From Ginkgo biloba (lineage: Eukaryota; Plantae; Ginkgophyta), in NCBI GenBank assembly GCA_024626585.2, contig JANKJI020000004.1, positions 118,178,826-118,197,503 on the forward strand: 18,678 nucleotides of DNA. The letters run 5' to 3'. The notes beneath the pieces are model-generated. The model worked only from the letters and a program-made list of their open reading frames with translations. It was not told where the DNA came from and ran no database searches. A program made the translations under genes and the position numbers. Shown here piece after piece: positions 8,944-18,678 of the stretch (its first letter is position 1; each line of letters starts with the position of its first letter).

Positions 8944-10185
8944 ATGGCACCTCAGGTTAAAAATATGATGGTACACTTATTGAAAAGTCTGGTGTAGAAG
9001 GTGAATGGCTTGGAAGAAGACTTGAGGAGTCAGTGAATAATACTGGAGGCTGAAAAGGTGGTGGAGCCAAGGCCTAATGAAGAAGAAGCTGGACCCTCTA
9101 GACAGAGTATGGAGGAAGTGGTGATCTAGACATCAAGCAGTTTGAGGGGGAAAGCCAAAGTGGAAGCACCTTGCTTTGGAGGCAGTGTAAATCTAGAAGA
9201 TTTGTTAGATTAGATTGGGGACATGGAGAAGTATTTTGAGTGGGAAGAAATTGAAGATCCTCGATGGGTGAGATTTGCTTGTACATGGTTGAAAGGGCAT
9301 GTTATTACATGGTGGGAGCACTTGCAGAAAGATCAAGTGCAGAAGAAGCAAGAGAAGGTAGTGACTTGGAAAGAGATGGTCAACAAATTGAAGGGAAAGT
9401 TTCTATCATTGGACTATGGTTAGCATTTGTTCAGAGAATTATAAAATTTAAAATAAAGAGAAAAGACTATGACAGAGTATACATATGAATTTCTTAGACT
9501 ATCCATCCAAAGTGGTCAAGAAGAGAATGAAGAGTAGTTGGAAACCAGGTATGTCAATGGTTTAATTTATGCCATTCAAGATGAGTTAGTAATACATCAT
9601 GTGAAAAGTGTAGACCAGGCATATCAGCTGGCTCTAAGAGTGGAAGAGAAGCTAGCCCGACAATCAAGGAAGAGACCTCATGTCTAAAGTGGGAATGTAT
9701 AGGAATGGAAGCAGAGAAGAGGAGTCAATCATTGGCAGGTTGAGAATCAAAGTGTGGCGACAAAGTTGTGTGGTCCATATTCAGAGAGCTATCACCTGAC
9801 CAAAAAAGGAGCAAGTCAATATCGAGTTAGAGGTTGAGGTCAATTTTTACACAGTTCTCAAGGAAGAATCAACATAGTACATCACCCCTTCAGGCAGTTG
9901 GTGAGATGTTATATTTGTGGAGAAGAAGGGCATATGTCTTTTGAATGTCCTACAAAGAGGAACAGTGAAGCAAGGCCAAAAGCATGTTGTGCTCATCTCG
10001 TAAGACCAGAGGTAGATCCAAGAATACCAATTGTTGACAAGGTTAGAGTGACACCAAAGAAAAATGTATTATTATTGTCATGCATGAAGAAAAAATTTTG
10101 CATTGACTTAGAAGAGCATCGACAAAGGAAAGGAAAGGAGAAGGTGGAGTTGTTAAAGGATTGTCATCCTTTGATGAGTGGTTAA
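8944..10185 (+). pseudogene. gag: Ty3/gypsy CRM-like gag pseudogene with CCHC zinc knuckle
   Basis: One frame from ATG 8944 with 11 premature stops and no frameshift. It reads ...KAKVEAPCFGGSVNLEDLLD*IGDMEKYFEWEEIEDPRWVRFACTWLKGHVITWWEHLQ...TWKEMVNKLKGKFL...TMTEYTYEF...RYVNGL...IQDEL...AYQLALRVEEKL...CYICGEEGHMSFECP. Confidence 0.93.
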
Positions 10186-10295
10186 GGAGGCAACANNNNN
10201 NNNNNNNNNNNNNNNNNNNNNNNNNNNNNNNNNNNNNNNNNNNNNNNNNNNNNNNNNNNNNNNNNNNNNNNNNNNNNNNNNNNNNNNNNNNNNNN

Positions 10296-11100
10296 TATAA
10301 TTTTGTGTTTAATGAGCATGAAATTGCATAAAAAATCACAACTGAAACAATATTGAATATAACTGCAACTTAAATTTAATATACCTTCAATCCAAAGTTG
10401 TCAAGTCTCGACCAGATAAATCGCCCTTTGCTTTAATTTTTTTGCAGTCAATCACCTTTTGCTTTGTAAATGAAATGCTGAGTGACCGACTACACTGCAC
10501 TTTATAAACAATTTGAAAATAATATGAAAAAATCTAAATAGATTGAAAAAATCTTGCAATATTAATGCATCTGTAGTTCGATTTATTTTTTTAATATTTT
10601 TTTAGACAGTGCTCTGTATTTCAACCGAATGTAGTAGATACAAAATTTAATTATCACTGCTGGTAATTACATTGAAGCATATTAAGGGAAGGTGAAAGAT
10701 GACAGCATATTTTCAAGTATAAATACAATTTGATGGGAAGATCAATAAACCGAACGTCCTAATTACGTTTTATAAATTTTTTTGAACTTCAAAAAAATGG
10801 ATTCAAATTTTTTTTCCCCTTTAAATGATGAGAAAATTGGTTAATAAGGTTTAAACAAGCGTTAAATTCCAACATTGACTCTGACTGTCCAACAGTGTGC
10901 ATTAATGACATATAGTTTTTTCCGTCTATATATGTACATTCTGCGCATGCTTACTTTTGTATGCATTTATGATATTTAAGGACATAAACGATTTTTGCAA
11001 ATGGCAATTGATCATATCAAACAAATTTTGACACTTACAATGAGTGGCTGGTTGCAAGAAACATAATTCACTCCTACTTCTCCTCTAAGATGAGCTCTTC
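10296..11100. other. Non-coding, non-TE-like stretch with retained CpGs
   Basis: About 12 CG dinucleotides in about 750 bp of very AT-rich sequence, compared with about 3 in 16119-18678. No TE motifs or ORF recognised. Confidence 0.5.
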
Positions 11101-11196
11101 ATAGTTTTACTGTTTGTCTCCATTGCGAATAGGAGAGGATGTTGAGATAGGCCCTGCAACATATTATCAGATGTCTTATCAGTCATATTATGGGCC

Positions 11197-11758
11197 TTGG
11201 ACGTCAATGGAGTACGTGGTTGGAGATGGATAATAGATAGTACATCTGGAACGTCTACTAATGTCTTTTTAGATAAAGAAAAGGCGTTGTTTGTTGTTAA
11301 ATCTACCACAATTTCCACTTTTGTTGGTTATTTCTTTGGATGCATGCCTCCGAAAATTAAGCTAAGAAATTGGTTCACTCAAACTTGAGGAAATTCGAGA
11401 AGGTTGACAAGATTTTTGCAACAGAGTTGGATGTCTTTCTCCTGGACATCCAGGGATGTGGCTAACAAAATTTTTCCTAGAGGTCCATGGTCATGTTTGG
11501 CTTCCATGATCATTCTTAAGAGATGGTAGGTGGATTTTGATCCCCTTACAACTAATAAGAATTGTTGCCCAATTTGGATCAAATTACCAAGATTGCCTCT
11601 ACATCTTTGGGAATTTGTGGAAGAAGTAGTTGCACATATTAGAAGGTTTATTTTGCATCCACAAGAGTGTCAATTCACTGCCAAGCCTACCCTAAGAGCA
11701 TGTGTTGAAGTTGATATGTCCAAGCCTCTAGTATAAAATGTTTGTATTTTTAATGGTT
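11197..11758 (+). pseudogene. LINE ORF1 (DUF4283-like), copy A
   Basis: One frame with 3 stops: TFVGYFFGCMPPKIKLRNWFTQT*G...RGPWSCLASMIILKRW*VDFDP...PIWIKLPRLPLHLW...LRACVEVDMSKPLV*. These are hallmark plant L1 ORF1 motifs. Confidence 0.9.
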
Positions 11759-11858
11759 NNNNNNNNNNNNNNNNNNNNNNNNNNNNNNNNNNNNNNNNNN
11801 NNNNNNNNNNNNNNNNNNNNNNNNNNNNNNNNNNNNNNNNNNNNNNNNNNNNNNNNNN

Positions 11859-12572
11859 TCATGTTTGGTGTCCATGATGATTCTTAAGAGATGGTAAGTG
11901 GATTTTTATCCCCTTACAACTAACAAAAAATGATGCCTAGTTTGGATGGAATTACCAAGATTACCTCTATATATATGAGAATTTATGGAAGAAATAGTTG
12001 GTCCTATTAGAAGGTTTGTTTTAAATCCATAGGAGAAACAATTCAATACCATGATTACCCTAAGAGTGTATGTTGAAGTTGATATGTCTAAGCCTTTGGT
12101 AGGAAATGTTTGTATTTTTTATGGTTTTGGCATGAGAAACAAGAAAGTGGCTTATTTCAATCTTCCACTAACTTATTTACATTGTCACAAGCTTATCCAT
12201 TTTGTTAAAGATTATCCACTCCCAACACCAGTTCCAAAGACACATGTGGAAACTAAGAAATATAAGGACAATACACTTCATTATACAAGCGATTATGTTC
12301 AAATTTGCCTCAATATTCCTCTACAAATACTACTCAAACATGTGAGGTTACTCCTCTAGTTAATTCAATAAATATGAATCCTAAAGCATTGTCTCCTACT
12401 TCTATTTCTTTTGTTGCTCGACCCCAATCCCTTATTTATTATCCTACAATAAGTAATTCTTCTTAGAAATTAGCTAGTGGCAAGTCATCTTGTCCATCAC
12501 AGAATCTTACCATTCATGTAGAGATTTGCCTTGGTTTGAATCAAATATCTAACCCTTATGATGGGGCTAAAG
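11859..12572 (+). pseudogene. LINE ORF1, copy B, with decayed zinc knuckle and Pro/Ser-rich tail
   Basis: 11859-12126 repeats 11491-11758. It continues with YFNLPLTYLHCHKLIHFVKDYP, a decayed Y..LP..C..C...GH....CP, then a low-complexity tail up to the LTR insertion. Confidence 0.85.
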
Positions 12573-12856
12573 TGTTAGAATTGTTAATGTTAACATGTTC
12601 GTATTCTGTCTTATAACCTATTGTTATAAGACTTATATATTAAATGTAATATTAAATTGTAAAAGGGTGAGTTGTCTTAAGGTCAGTCCTTAGGGTAACA
12701 CATGTCGGGAGTTACTAGACAAGTGTTAAGTGGGAGTCTTTTACATTTCAATGAGTTTTAAATGGAGAATCATGGTAGACCAATTCTACTAGAGATTACT
12801 TGAGTCCTATGCTTGTTCATTTGATATTAGACTAATTCTAGTATTTGCTTTTAATA
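12573..12856 (+). mobile_element. 5' LTR (about 284 bp) of an LTR element inserted into LINE ORF1
   Basis: Starts TGTTAGAA and ends TTTTAATA (decayed ...TAACA), 2 bp before a perfect PBS. Confidence 0.75.
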
Positions 12857-12858
12857 TT

Positions 12859-12870
12859 TGGTATCAGAGC
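12859..12870 (+). promoter_or_regulatory. Primer binding site complementary to the 3' end of tRNA-iMet
   Basis: Exact TGGTATCAGAGC. Confidence 0.92.
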
Positions 12871-13410
12871 TGAGGGATATCCTTAGCCTAGTTCATTGTT
12901 GAAATCAAACTCGTTGTTGAATTTTGCATTTGTTCATTGTTGGTTTACATGAAGGAATTATTGGTGGTGGAGTTTGAAGAATTTTTGTGAATTCAATGTT
13001 CAATCCATCATTGTTCATTGTTGAGACTATGTTATAGTTCATGTTTTACGTATGAAGAATGTTTTGAATCTCTATTGAGAATGTTGAAAGATGTTGCTGT
13101 GAGATGAGATTCTTATGAAGATCTCTGAATCAAGTGAGTTGTGCTTAAATGAGGTCGTTGGTAGCATCACTGTGAAATAGTAATATCATTATAGATAGAG
13201 GAAGAAAGCCCTATGGAGAATTCATAAAAGTGTTCACTATTGAAAATAGTGAACGCAGAGGAGAAAACTAGAATAATGTTTGTGAAGAATTATGGTGAGG
13301 TAGTTGTTCACCCTGAAGGAAAATGGAAGACTCCATTGGAGATTTGTATAGTTCTAGAAGAGTGAGTTATTGTAACCATGAAGGTAGGGAAGGGATGACG
13401 CTAGTTGTAA
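12871..13410 (+). mobile_element. Internal region of the nested LTR element (leader / unrecognised decayed coding sequence)
   Basis: Follows the PBS and contains three GTTCATTGTTG copies (about 12891, 12932, 13013), then purine-rich sequence with no recognisable gag motif. Truncated by the gap. Confidence 0.55.
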
Positions 13411-13510
13411 NNNNNNNNNNNNNNNNNNNNNNNNNNNNNNNNNNNNNNNNNNNNNNNNNNNNNNNNNNNNNNNNNNNNNNNNNNNNNNNNNNNNNNNNNN
13501 NNNNNNNNNN

Positions 13511-14596
13511 ATTTTGAGGCATAACTATTTCCCCTAGGTTTTACTTAATGTCTACAATGAAGTTGTGTAATTCATTTCTATGGGTGCTAGAATTAATGCA
13601 GGTATGATTAATCTCATTCCCAAGAAAGGAGCCAATATGAAATCATTTAGGGGTTGGAGGCCTATCACACTTCTTAATGTGTATTACAATATTCTATCTA
13701 AAATACTTTCCCTTAGAAATAATACCTCTCTCAAGAAAATTATTTAAGAAGAATAAACTAGTTTTATTAAAGGCATATTCATTCTTAACAACATTCTAGT
13801 AGTAAGTGAAGGTATTGAATGGGCTTGTGAATTGGTACAGACTATCATCTTTCTAAAAATTGATTTTGAAAATGCCTAAGACAAGATTCAATTTTATTTT
13901 ATACTTGCCATGTTATATAAACTAGTATTTGGCTAGAAGTTCTGCAACATGATAAAGACTTTATTTTCTTACACTTTAGACAAAGTGGTTGTTAATGAAA
14001 TTCTCTCTTAGTCAATATCCTTGGAGAGATCTATTCAATAAGGGTGTCATATTGCTCCTTTTTTTTATGCCTTAGGATTATATGTATTGGGCTATCTTTT
14101 TATAGATGCTCAATCAAAACATCTTCTTCGAGGAATTTTAGTCCTTAACACTGATAAGGAGCTTCCTTATGGTTAATTTGCAGATGATACTAATGTTATA
14201 ATCTAAGTAGATAAAAATAATTTAGATCACCTTCTTCTTTAGCTCAAGATTTTTTGTCAAGCTTCAGGTTCTTCAATTGGCCTTGGCAAGTGTCTATGTG
14301 TTATTAGTAGGGTATTGGCAAAGTTCCTTCTTGGCTCTCACAATTTAAGTAGAAAATGGTACAATTTGGTTAGAGTTTAAGATTTCTTGGTATACCTTTG
14401 GTTTTGATGTTTTCTCAAAATATATTTATGTAATCTAACAATTAAGTCAGAAATTGACTTATTGGAACACAAGGGATCTTTCCCTAGCTAGAAGGAAACA
14501 TATGGCAACAAACATAATTTCCTCAATGTATATCTTCTTCTCGTCTTTACTTCTCCCATCTAATGTCACCTATAAGGTAATTACTTCTCAAATTCA
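13511..14596 (+). pseudogene. LINE ORF2 reverse transcriptase, copy A
   Basis: Reads INAGMINLIPKKG...GWRPITLLNVYYNILSK...FIKGIFILNNI...EGIEWA...IFLKIDFENA*DK...SIQ*GCHIAP...FADDT (14177-14191)...FCQASG...FLGIP. Confidence 0.95.
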
Positions 14597-14696
14597 NNNN
14601 NNNNNNNNNNNNNNNNNNNNNNNNNNNNNNNNNNNNNNNNNNNNNNNNNNNNNNNNNNNNNNNNNNNNNNNNNNNNNNNNNNNNNNNNNNNNNNNN

Positions 14697-15812
14697 ACAA
14701 TTTGTCATCTTTCTAAAAATTGATTTTGAAAAGTCCTATGACAAGGTTTAGTAGGATTTTATCCTTTCCATATTACATAAACCAGGATTTGGCCACAATT
14801 TCTATAATGTGATCAAGACTTTGTTTTCTAACACTTCGGTCAAAGTGGTTGTTAATATAATTCTTTCTTTTCCAATATCCTTGGAAATATCTATTCAATA
14901 AGGGTTCCCTATTGCTCCTTTTCTCTATCCTTTGGTAGTAGATGCATTGGGCTATCTTTTTATGGATGCTCAGTTGAAACTTCTTCTTAAACCAATTGCT
15001 CTCCCTAACACTATCAAGGAGATTCCTTATGGTCATTTTACAGATAATACTAATGTTACAATTCAAGTAGATAAAAATAATTTTTATAATCTTCTTCTTT
15101 AGCTCAAGATTTTTTGTTAAGATTTAGGTTCTTCAACTTCCCTTGGAAAGTGTCTATGTTATTATTAGGGTACTAGCAAAGTTCCTTCTTGGCTCTCATG
15201 GTTTGAATGGAAAATGATATAACATCGTGAGACTTTTAGATTTCTTAGAATACCTTTTAGTTTTGGTGTTTCCTTGAAATAGATTTAGGACCACATAGTC
15301 TAATGAATCAACCAGAAATTGACTTATTGGAACACAAGGGATATTTCCCTAGTTGGAAGGAACTAGGTGGCAACAAAGAACCTTTCTCCAATGCATATCT
15401 TCTTCTTATCTTTCCTTCTCCCATAAAACACCACTTATAAAGTAATTATTTCTCTAAATTGTAATTTGTTTTGCATTGCATTCTATAGGTGGTCTCTAGA
15501 ACTTTGAGCTCAAGGACAAGATTTGGTAGAAAAATGGATTATTAGAAGTTTTCAAGGTGGGTGGGTTTGGAAACACCTTCTTGATTTTAGAATCAGCCAA
15601 CTCCTCCCTCTTAGAATGAATTCTTGGTGAGGATTGTCTAAAGGACAACTCCTTACATGTATGGTCAAATTTAAACCCTTTGGCTTGCTTTTTTTTAAGG
15701 CTATTTGGCAGGCATGGAAATCAATAAGAATATTTTTATGGTGTCAAGGTGATGGTCATCAGAAGGGATTATCTTCATTTGAGACTTATCTTTAGTGGGG
15801 GAGATAATTTTT
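14697..15812 (+). pseudogene. LINE ORF2 reverse transcriptase, copy B, and downstream ORF2
   Basis: 14697 to about 15460 repeats 13837-14596 (FLKIDFEKSYDKV, SIQ*GFPIAP, FTDNT). ORF2-like sequence continues (KWIIR, AIWQAWKSI) up to the LTR insertion. Confidence 0.92.
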
Positions 15813-16509
15813 TGATGCAGGTGCATTAGTAATAAATGTGTAAGTGGTGAGTTGATTAAGATAGGTAGTTAATAAAGTAGTTAGTGGTAAATTAGTTTGG
15901 AAGTTGGAACATGGACAAACATGTATCCTCACATTAAATGAGAATCTATATGAAAATGCTTTGAATTAGATAAAATTTAATATTAAAAAGTTGTATACAA
16001 TGGAAAGGGATATAATTTNNNNNNNNNNNNNNNNNNNNNNNNNNNNNNNNNNNNNNNNNNNNNNNNNNNNNNNNNNNNNNNNNNNNNNNNNNNNNNNNNN
16101 NNNNNNNNNNNNNNNNNNAATAAGTCATGCATGCACACTTATTTTGTCACCATCCATATAGGACAAGTCATGTCATAAGTGATAGTGATAGATTAAGTAT
16201 ATTATTTTATTAGATTAGGGTTTCTAAGTTAGTATTATAAAGAGTCTAATATATATTATAATGCAAATATTTCTCACACAACTAATGGAGAGACTTCTCA
16301 TGCATATCTTGAGAAGAAAGTTAGAATAAGATATTTTTTAGGATTTGTTATTTGATTCTTATGTGTCCTTGAAAATCTATGTGCATATCTCTTTTGTTTT
16401 ATTCTCTTCATTGATTCAATCCTTTGTGTGATTCTAATATATTCAAAAGTATTCTTCTCTGCATACCAAGGGAATTGAATATCACCCTTCTCCTTTTGGC
16501 CTCACACCA

Positions 16510-16970
16510 ATGCTGATGGTATATTTTAGGAAGGAGATGTTTTCTCAAGGAACATACAAAAAAATTAAGTATAAGAAGATTGAGCCTTGTCGAATTGTTA
16601 AGAATATTAATGAGAATGCATACCAAGTGAGCTTGCCAAACCATTTTCATATTTCACCTATTTTTAATATTGTAGATTTATATGAATATGACGACAGTGA
16701 TAAAGATAAAATAGAAGAAAACATAAAAGAATGAGAACATCAAATTCTAAAGAAGAAAAAGGAATAAGTATAATATGTTTTAGACATGAAGGTTACTAAC
16801 ACAAGGAAGGGAAACTAAAAGCAATATTTGGTGAAGTGGAGAGGATTTCCATATGAGGATAGAACTTAGGTTATTAAAGGAGACATGAAGAAGTTGGATG
16901 AGCAAAAGTGGAGAAAATTTAAAGAAGACCATGAGAAAGAGCTCATGTAATTTTGTCAACCTAGAGAGGA
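16510..16970 (+). pseudogene. pol: Integrase C-terminal (GPY/F) region and chromodomain of a CRM-type element
   Basis: Reads MVYFRKEMFSQGTYKKIKYKKIEPCRIVKNINENAYQVSLP...ISPIFNIVDLYEY, and in the same frame V*YVLDMKVTNTRKGN*KQYLVKWRGFPYEDRT*V, a chromodomain YLVKW.G....D.TW motif. Confidence 0.92.
16957..16970 (+). promoter_or_regulatory. Polypurine tract, CRM-type
   Basis: CAACCTAGAGAGGA directly precedes the LTR start TGAT. Confidence 0.85.
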
Positions 16971-17735
16971 TGATACAAGTGCATTAATAACAAATTTGTA
17001 AATGGTGAGTTGGTTAAGACAGGTAGTTAATAAAGGAGTTGGAAAATTAGTTAGGAAGTTGGAACATGGGTAGACATGTATCCTCCCTTTAAATGAGAAT
17101 ATATAAGAAAAAATTTTGAATTGGCCAAAAGTTAATATTAGAAAGTTTTATATCATGTAAAGGGACACATTTTTGGATAGATAATCATATAAAAAGATGC
17201 AATATTAAGTAAGTTATGGTATATATAATAGAAGATTTATTTCTTGGATTTTTGTTGGACCTAAAATGATAATAGACTGATACCTTTACTTGTAGCGTGA
17301 ATATCTAAGAAATGGTTACAAATTATCCAAAAGTTTCTTTTAGACAACTGTATAGTAAAAAAAGAGTTATAGTATTGTCTTAATGATAGTGAAAAAATAT
17401 GAATTTTGGAGAAATTTAGGGCATATGAAACAGAGNNNNNNNNNNNNNNNNNNNNNNNNNNNNNNNNNNNNNNNNNNNNNNNNNNNNNNNNNNNNNNATG
17501 GTGTTGTTTAGGAGTTGCTATTTATCAGGGATATTTATATCTCAAAGATAAATACATTGTTGTCTTAGGAAATTAAGAAAAATGATTCCAAAAAATAGAG
17601 ATAGATCAGTGACAAGTAGGCCTTTATTTCTATGTTGATAATTTTTTATTTTGTACATGTTATCTTCAAATGTAACTATTGAATTATGTCTACATATGTA
17701 TATAGAGAAAGGAATTTATGATTAGTATATATTCA
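16971..17735 (+). mobile_element. 3' LTR of the CRM-type element (contains a 62-N gap)
   Basis: Follows the PPT, has TG...CA termini, is homologous to 15813-16018, and is followed by the TSD. Confidence 0.8.
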
Positions 17736-17740
17736 TTTTT

Positions 17741-18560
17741 ATTTAGGGATTATACCTATGCCAATTATATGGGATACTTCTAAGATGTGGTTCAGAAAGG
17801 GGATTGGCAAAATTAGTCAATTGTGGAATTTTTACTATGAATGTTGGTTCACATGGCTAGATTTCATGGACTTGTCTGGCCTTTAGAATGATCATAGTAC
17901 TCATTGTTCAAAATTAATTCAAGTGATACCATAATACATATGAGCTAATGCATATCTTCTAAATAATGTCCCTTAGTGGAGGGATTAGAACTGGTCTTTT
18001 GGTGCCCCATTTTTACATTTTATGGTGAAGGAGGACTCTTCTTGGTTTTATCATTTTATTGAAATCCTAGAGAGATGTAACCATATTTGGAAAATATCTA
18101 ACTTTCTCTATGCATGGGAATCTACATTTCCTCTAATTTGGCTTTTCAATATTGAAGAAAAAAAAACTTTTTCTTTGGTTACTACTCCATAATGGTCTTC
18201 AAACTTCCTCATATCTTTCAAAACAAGGAATTATATGGTATTTCCCTTTCTACACTATAGTTGAATCCCCTCTTAACTTAGTTTATTCCTATCAACATAT
18301 CAATATCATTTTGAAGAAGATTAAAACTTGTTGGTGGCATCATTTGATGTGCCATTAACTAGGAGGGATCTATCTTTTGGTTATTAGGATCTAAGTTTAC
18401 TTAGAGAGCTATGACCATGAGGTATGTATTTGAGATTTTTTACTGTTATGGGGTATTCTCTCACTAGAACTTCCATCTCTCTTTCTTTTTTTAGCTATTA
18501 GCTAGTTCTAGGAAATGTGTGTATGAAGTCATGTTTCTATTTGTATTCATACCTAAATAT
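17741..18560 (+). pseudogene. LINE ORF2 C-terminal region including decayed zf-RVT
   Basis: Reads WFRKGIGKISQLWN, then KKKLFLWLLLHNGLQT...FPFY...ESPLNLVYSY. This is a decayed K.K.FLWL..H..L.T...CP.C...ES..HL...C zinc-binding motif. The right end is approximate. Confidence 0.8.
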
Positions 18561-18678
18561 TGTATTATCTAATATTTGTGTGGTTAGTAAGGATAGTATA
18601 AATATGTATGGCATATTTTATTTCAAGAACCTTACTAAATTCATCTAAGTCCTCTCTCATAAAAGAGCCTTAGCAATG

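Larger units (their letters stand above)
553..17497. other. Fourteen assembly gaps
   Basis: 100-N gaps start at 1014, 2769, 4489, 6800, 8312, 10196, 11759, 13411, 14597 and 16019. Gaps of other sizes lie at 553-626, 3314-3352, 7648-7658 and 17436-17497. Confidence 0.97.
15813..17735 (+). mobile_element. CRM-type Ty3/gypsy chromovirus inserted in LINE ORF2, with 5-bp TSD TTTTT
   Basis: The 5' LTR start TGATGCAGG (15813-16018) aligns with the 3' LTR start TGATACAAG (16971 to about 17172) at roughly 80-85% by eye. The element ends ATATATTCA at 17735. TTTTT flanks both sides (15808-15812 and 17736-17740), and LINE ORF2 motifs resume afterwards. Confidence 0.82.
11197..18560 (+). mobile_element. 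Plant L1/Tx1-type LINE, degenerate, interrupted by two LTR elements, with two segments duplicated across gaps
   Basis: ORF1 (DUF4283-like and zf-CCHC_4-like), RT and zf-RVT motifs occur colinearly on the + strand. The endonuclease domain is not visible, and both ends are approximate. Confidence 0.85.

Noticed and set aside
16439-16482. Short inverted repeat ATATTCA...TGAATAT as a hairpin or mini-element
   Set aside because: A 7-bp AT-rich match is expected by chance, and there is no TSD.

Overview
AT-rich, CpG-depleted eukaryotic DNA made almost entirely of old, nested, non-functional plant retrotransposons. The source is most likely a large-genome non-flowering land plant such as a gymnosperm; this is inferred from the TE families, not proven. 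I see no intact gene or RNA gene. The window has 14 N-gaps, ten of exactly 100 N, so neighbouring contigs may not be truly adjacent. In order it contains: a possible decayed coiled-coil ORF (2-552); LTR-like pieces (1156-2642); a deleted Ty1/copia remnant with PPT and 3' LTR (2871-4034); a minus-strand Ty3/gypsy gag (4601-5300); an LTR-like region with about 20 decayed copies of a 13-bp palindrome (5423-8844); a PBS and a CRM-type gag (8846-10185); a CpG-retaining non-TE-like stretch (10296-11100); and an L1/Tx1-type LINE (about 11197-18560). The LINE is interrupted by a short-LTR element at 12573 and by a chromodomain-bearing CRM-type element at 15813-17735 with a TTTTT target-site duplication, and two LINE segments are duplicated across gaps. 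I cannot support a new multi-gene system. The best lead is the CCGAC-ATC-GTCGG palindrome array. All translations, alignments and counts were done by hand and are approximate.
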